A stretch of DNA of 64,000 nt from assembly GCA_010093815.1 (NCBI GenBank), contig ML996565.1; one strand, written 5' to 3'. The notes below the pieces were generated by a model. That model was not told where the DNA came from and ran no database searches. It saw only the letters and a program-made list of their open reading frames with translations. The position numbers were made by a program, and so were the translations under genes. Positions 63,140 through 64,000 of this stretch are shown here, one piece after another (position 1 is the stretch's first letter; every line of letters begins with the position of its first letter). Origin of the DNA: Pseudovirgaria hyperparasitica. Its lineage: Eukaryota.

Positions 63140-64000
63140 ATGGCAGTCGACAAGTCACAACTTCCAGAGAGCGAGAGATCGAATCCTGTGAAACGGATAA
63201 GATGGGCAACGCATCGAATTCCGGGCGCAAAGGGTGATCGAAAAAGGCAGTCGCTGCTGGCACGCCTACCAATCCATAGCCGTTCCGGGTCCAGCGAAAA
63301 GCACAAACGCGATTCAATGGGTAAAGACTCTGAAAATGGGCAAACAAATGGAGAGCAGTCAACTTCCGATGATCAGAGCGAGTCCGATGGCTCTGTTGAG
63401 CAGCGTGCCATCTTCTTCAACATACCACTCCCCCCGAACGCTCGAGACGAAGAAGGCCACCCACTCGTCCGATTCCCCCGAAACAAGATACGAACAGCAA
63501 AATACACACCTCTCAGTTTTGTACCTAAAAACCTATGGTTCCAGTTTCACAATATCGCGAATGTCTATTTCTTATTTATTGTTATATTAGGGGTAAGTTT
63601 AAGATGTCATGATACTTGAAATCGGCTAATCTGTATGTTGCACAGTTCTTTACCATATTTGGTGTAGAGAACCCTGGCCTAGCAGCTGTACCTCTTATTG
63701 TTATCGTCATCATCACCGCTATTAAGGATGCCGTAGAGGACTGGCGAAGAACAGTCCTCGACATCGAGCTAAACAACGCCCCCGTTCACCGTCTAATCGA
63801 TTTTAATAATGTCAATTCTGCCGAAGATCAAATATCCATTTGGAGAAGGATAAAAAAAGCGAGTAGCCGAGGAGTCACATTCCTTTGGCGTAGGATGAAA
63901 GCGCTCACGTCGAAGAAAGAGAAAGGGAAGTCCTATGCAGAACGAGCTGTAGACCAAGGTCGTGCTTCGATTGATACTAAACGTGCCTCGATGTATTCAC
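63140..64000 (+). CDS. P4-ATPase phospholipid flippase, Dnf1/Dnf2-like; 5' part only (exons 63140-63592, 63646->64000)
   Basis: [44 protein letters not shown]...[21 protein letters not shown]...D..LNN. Confidence 0.93.

Overview
Eukaryotic DNA from a filamentous ascomycete, judged from short GT-AG introns with CTAAC/CTGAC branch sites, PLS1/MCM1 genes and RIP. The window has two sharply separated compartments. (1) Bases 1 to ~42,000 are an AT-rich block of dead retrotransposons, RIP-mutated (CpA/TpG depleted, TpA enriched), whose nesting can be reconstructed from target-site duplications. It holds three Ty3/Gypsy chromovirus families (G1 at 1-6003; family E at 6845-9968 and 10508-40933; G3 at 17984-25021), three full-length ~5.3 kb Tad1-like LINEs plus a 5' fragment, and a 589-bp non-coding mini-LTR element with a self-priming signature. 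(2) Bases ~42,400-64,000 are gene-dense, with nine genes: GT25 glycosyltransferase, FAD-dependent monooxygenase, Ctr copper transporter, an F-box-like orphan, tetraspanin PLS1, MADS-box MCM1, choline/amino-acid permease, a possible Nse6/SLF2-like protein, and the 5' part of a Dnf1-type P4-ATPase. The most interesting signals are the self-priming mini-retroelement that replaces the pol region of a host chromovirus, and a 31-bp hairpin duplicated in both UTRs of the LINE family. All calls were made by eye. Coordinates inside degenerate repeats may be off by a few bases, and no database search was run.
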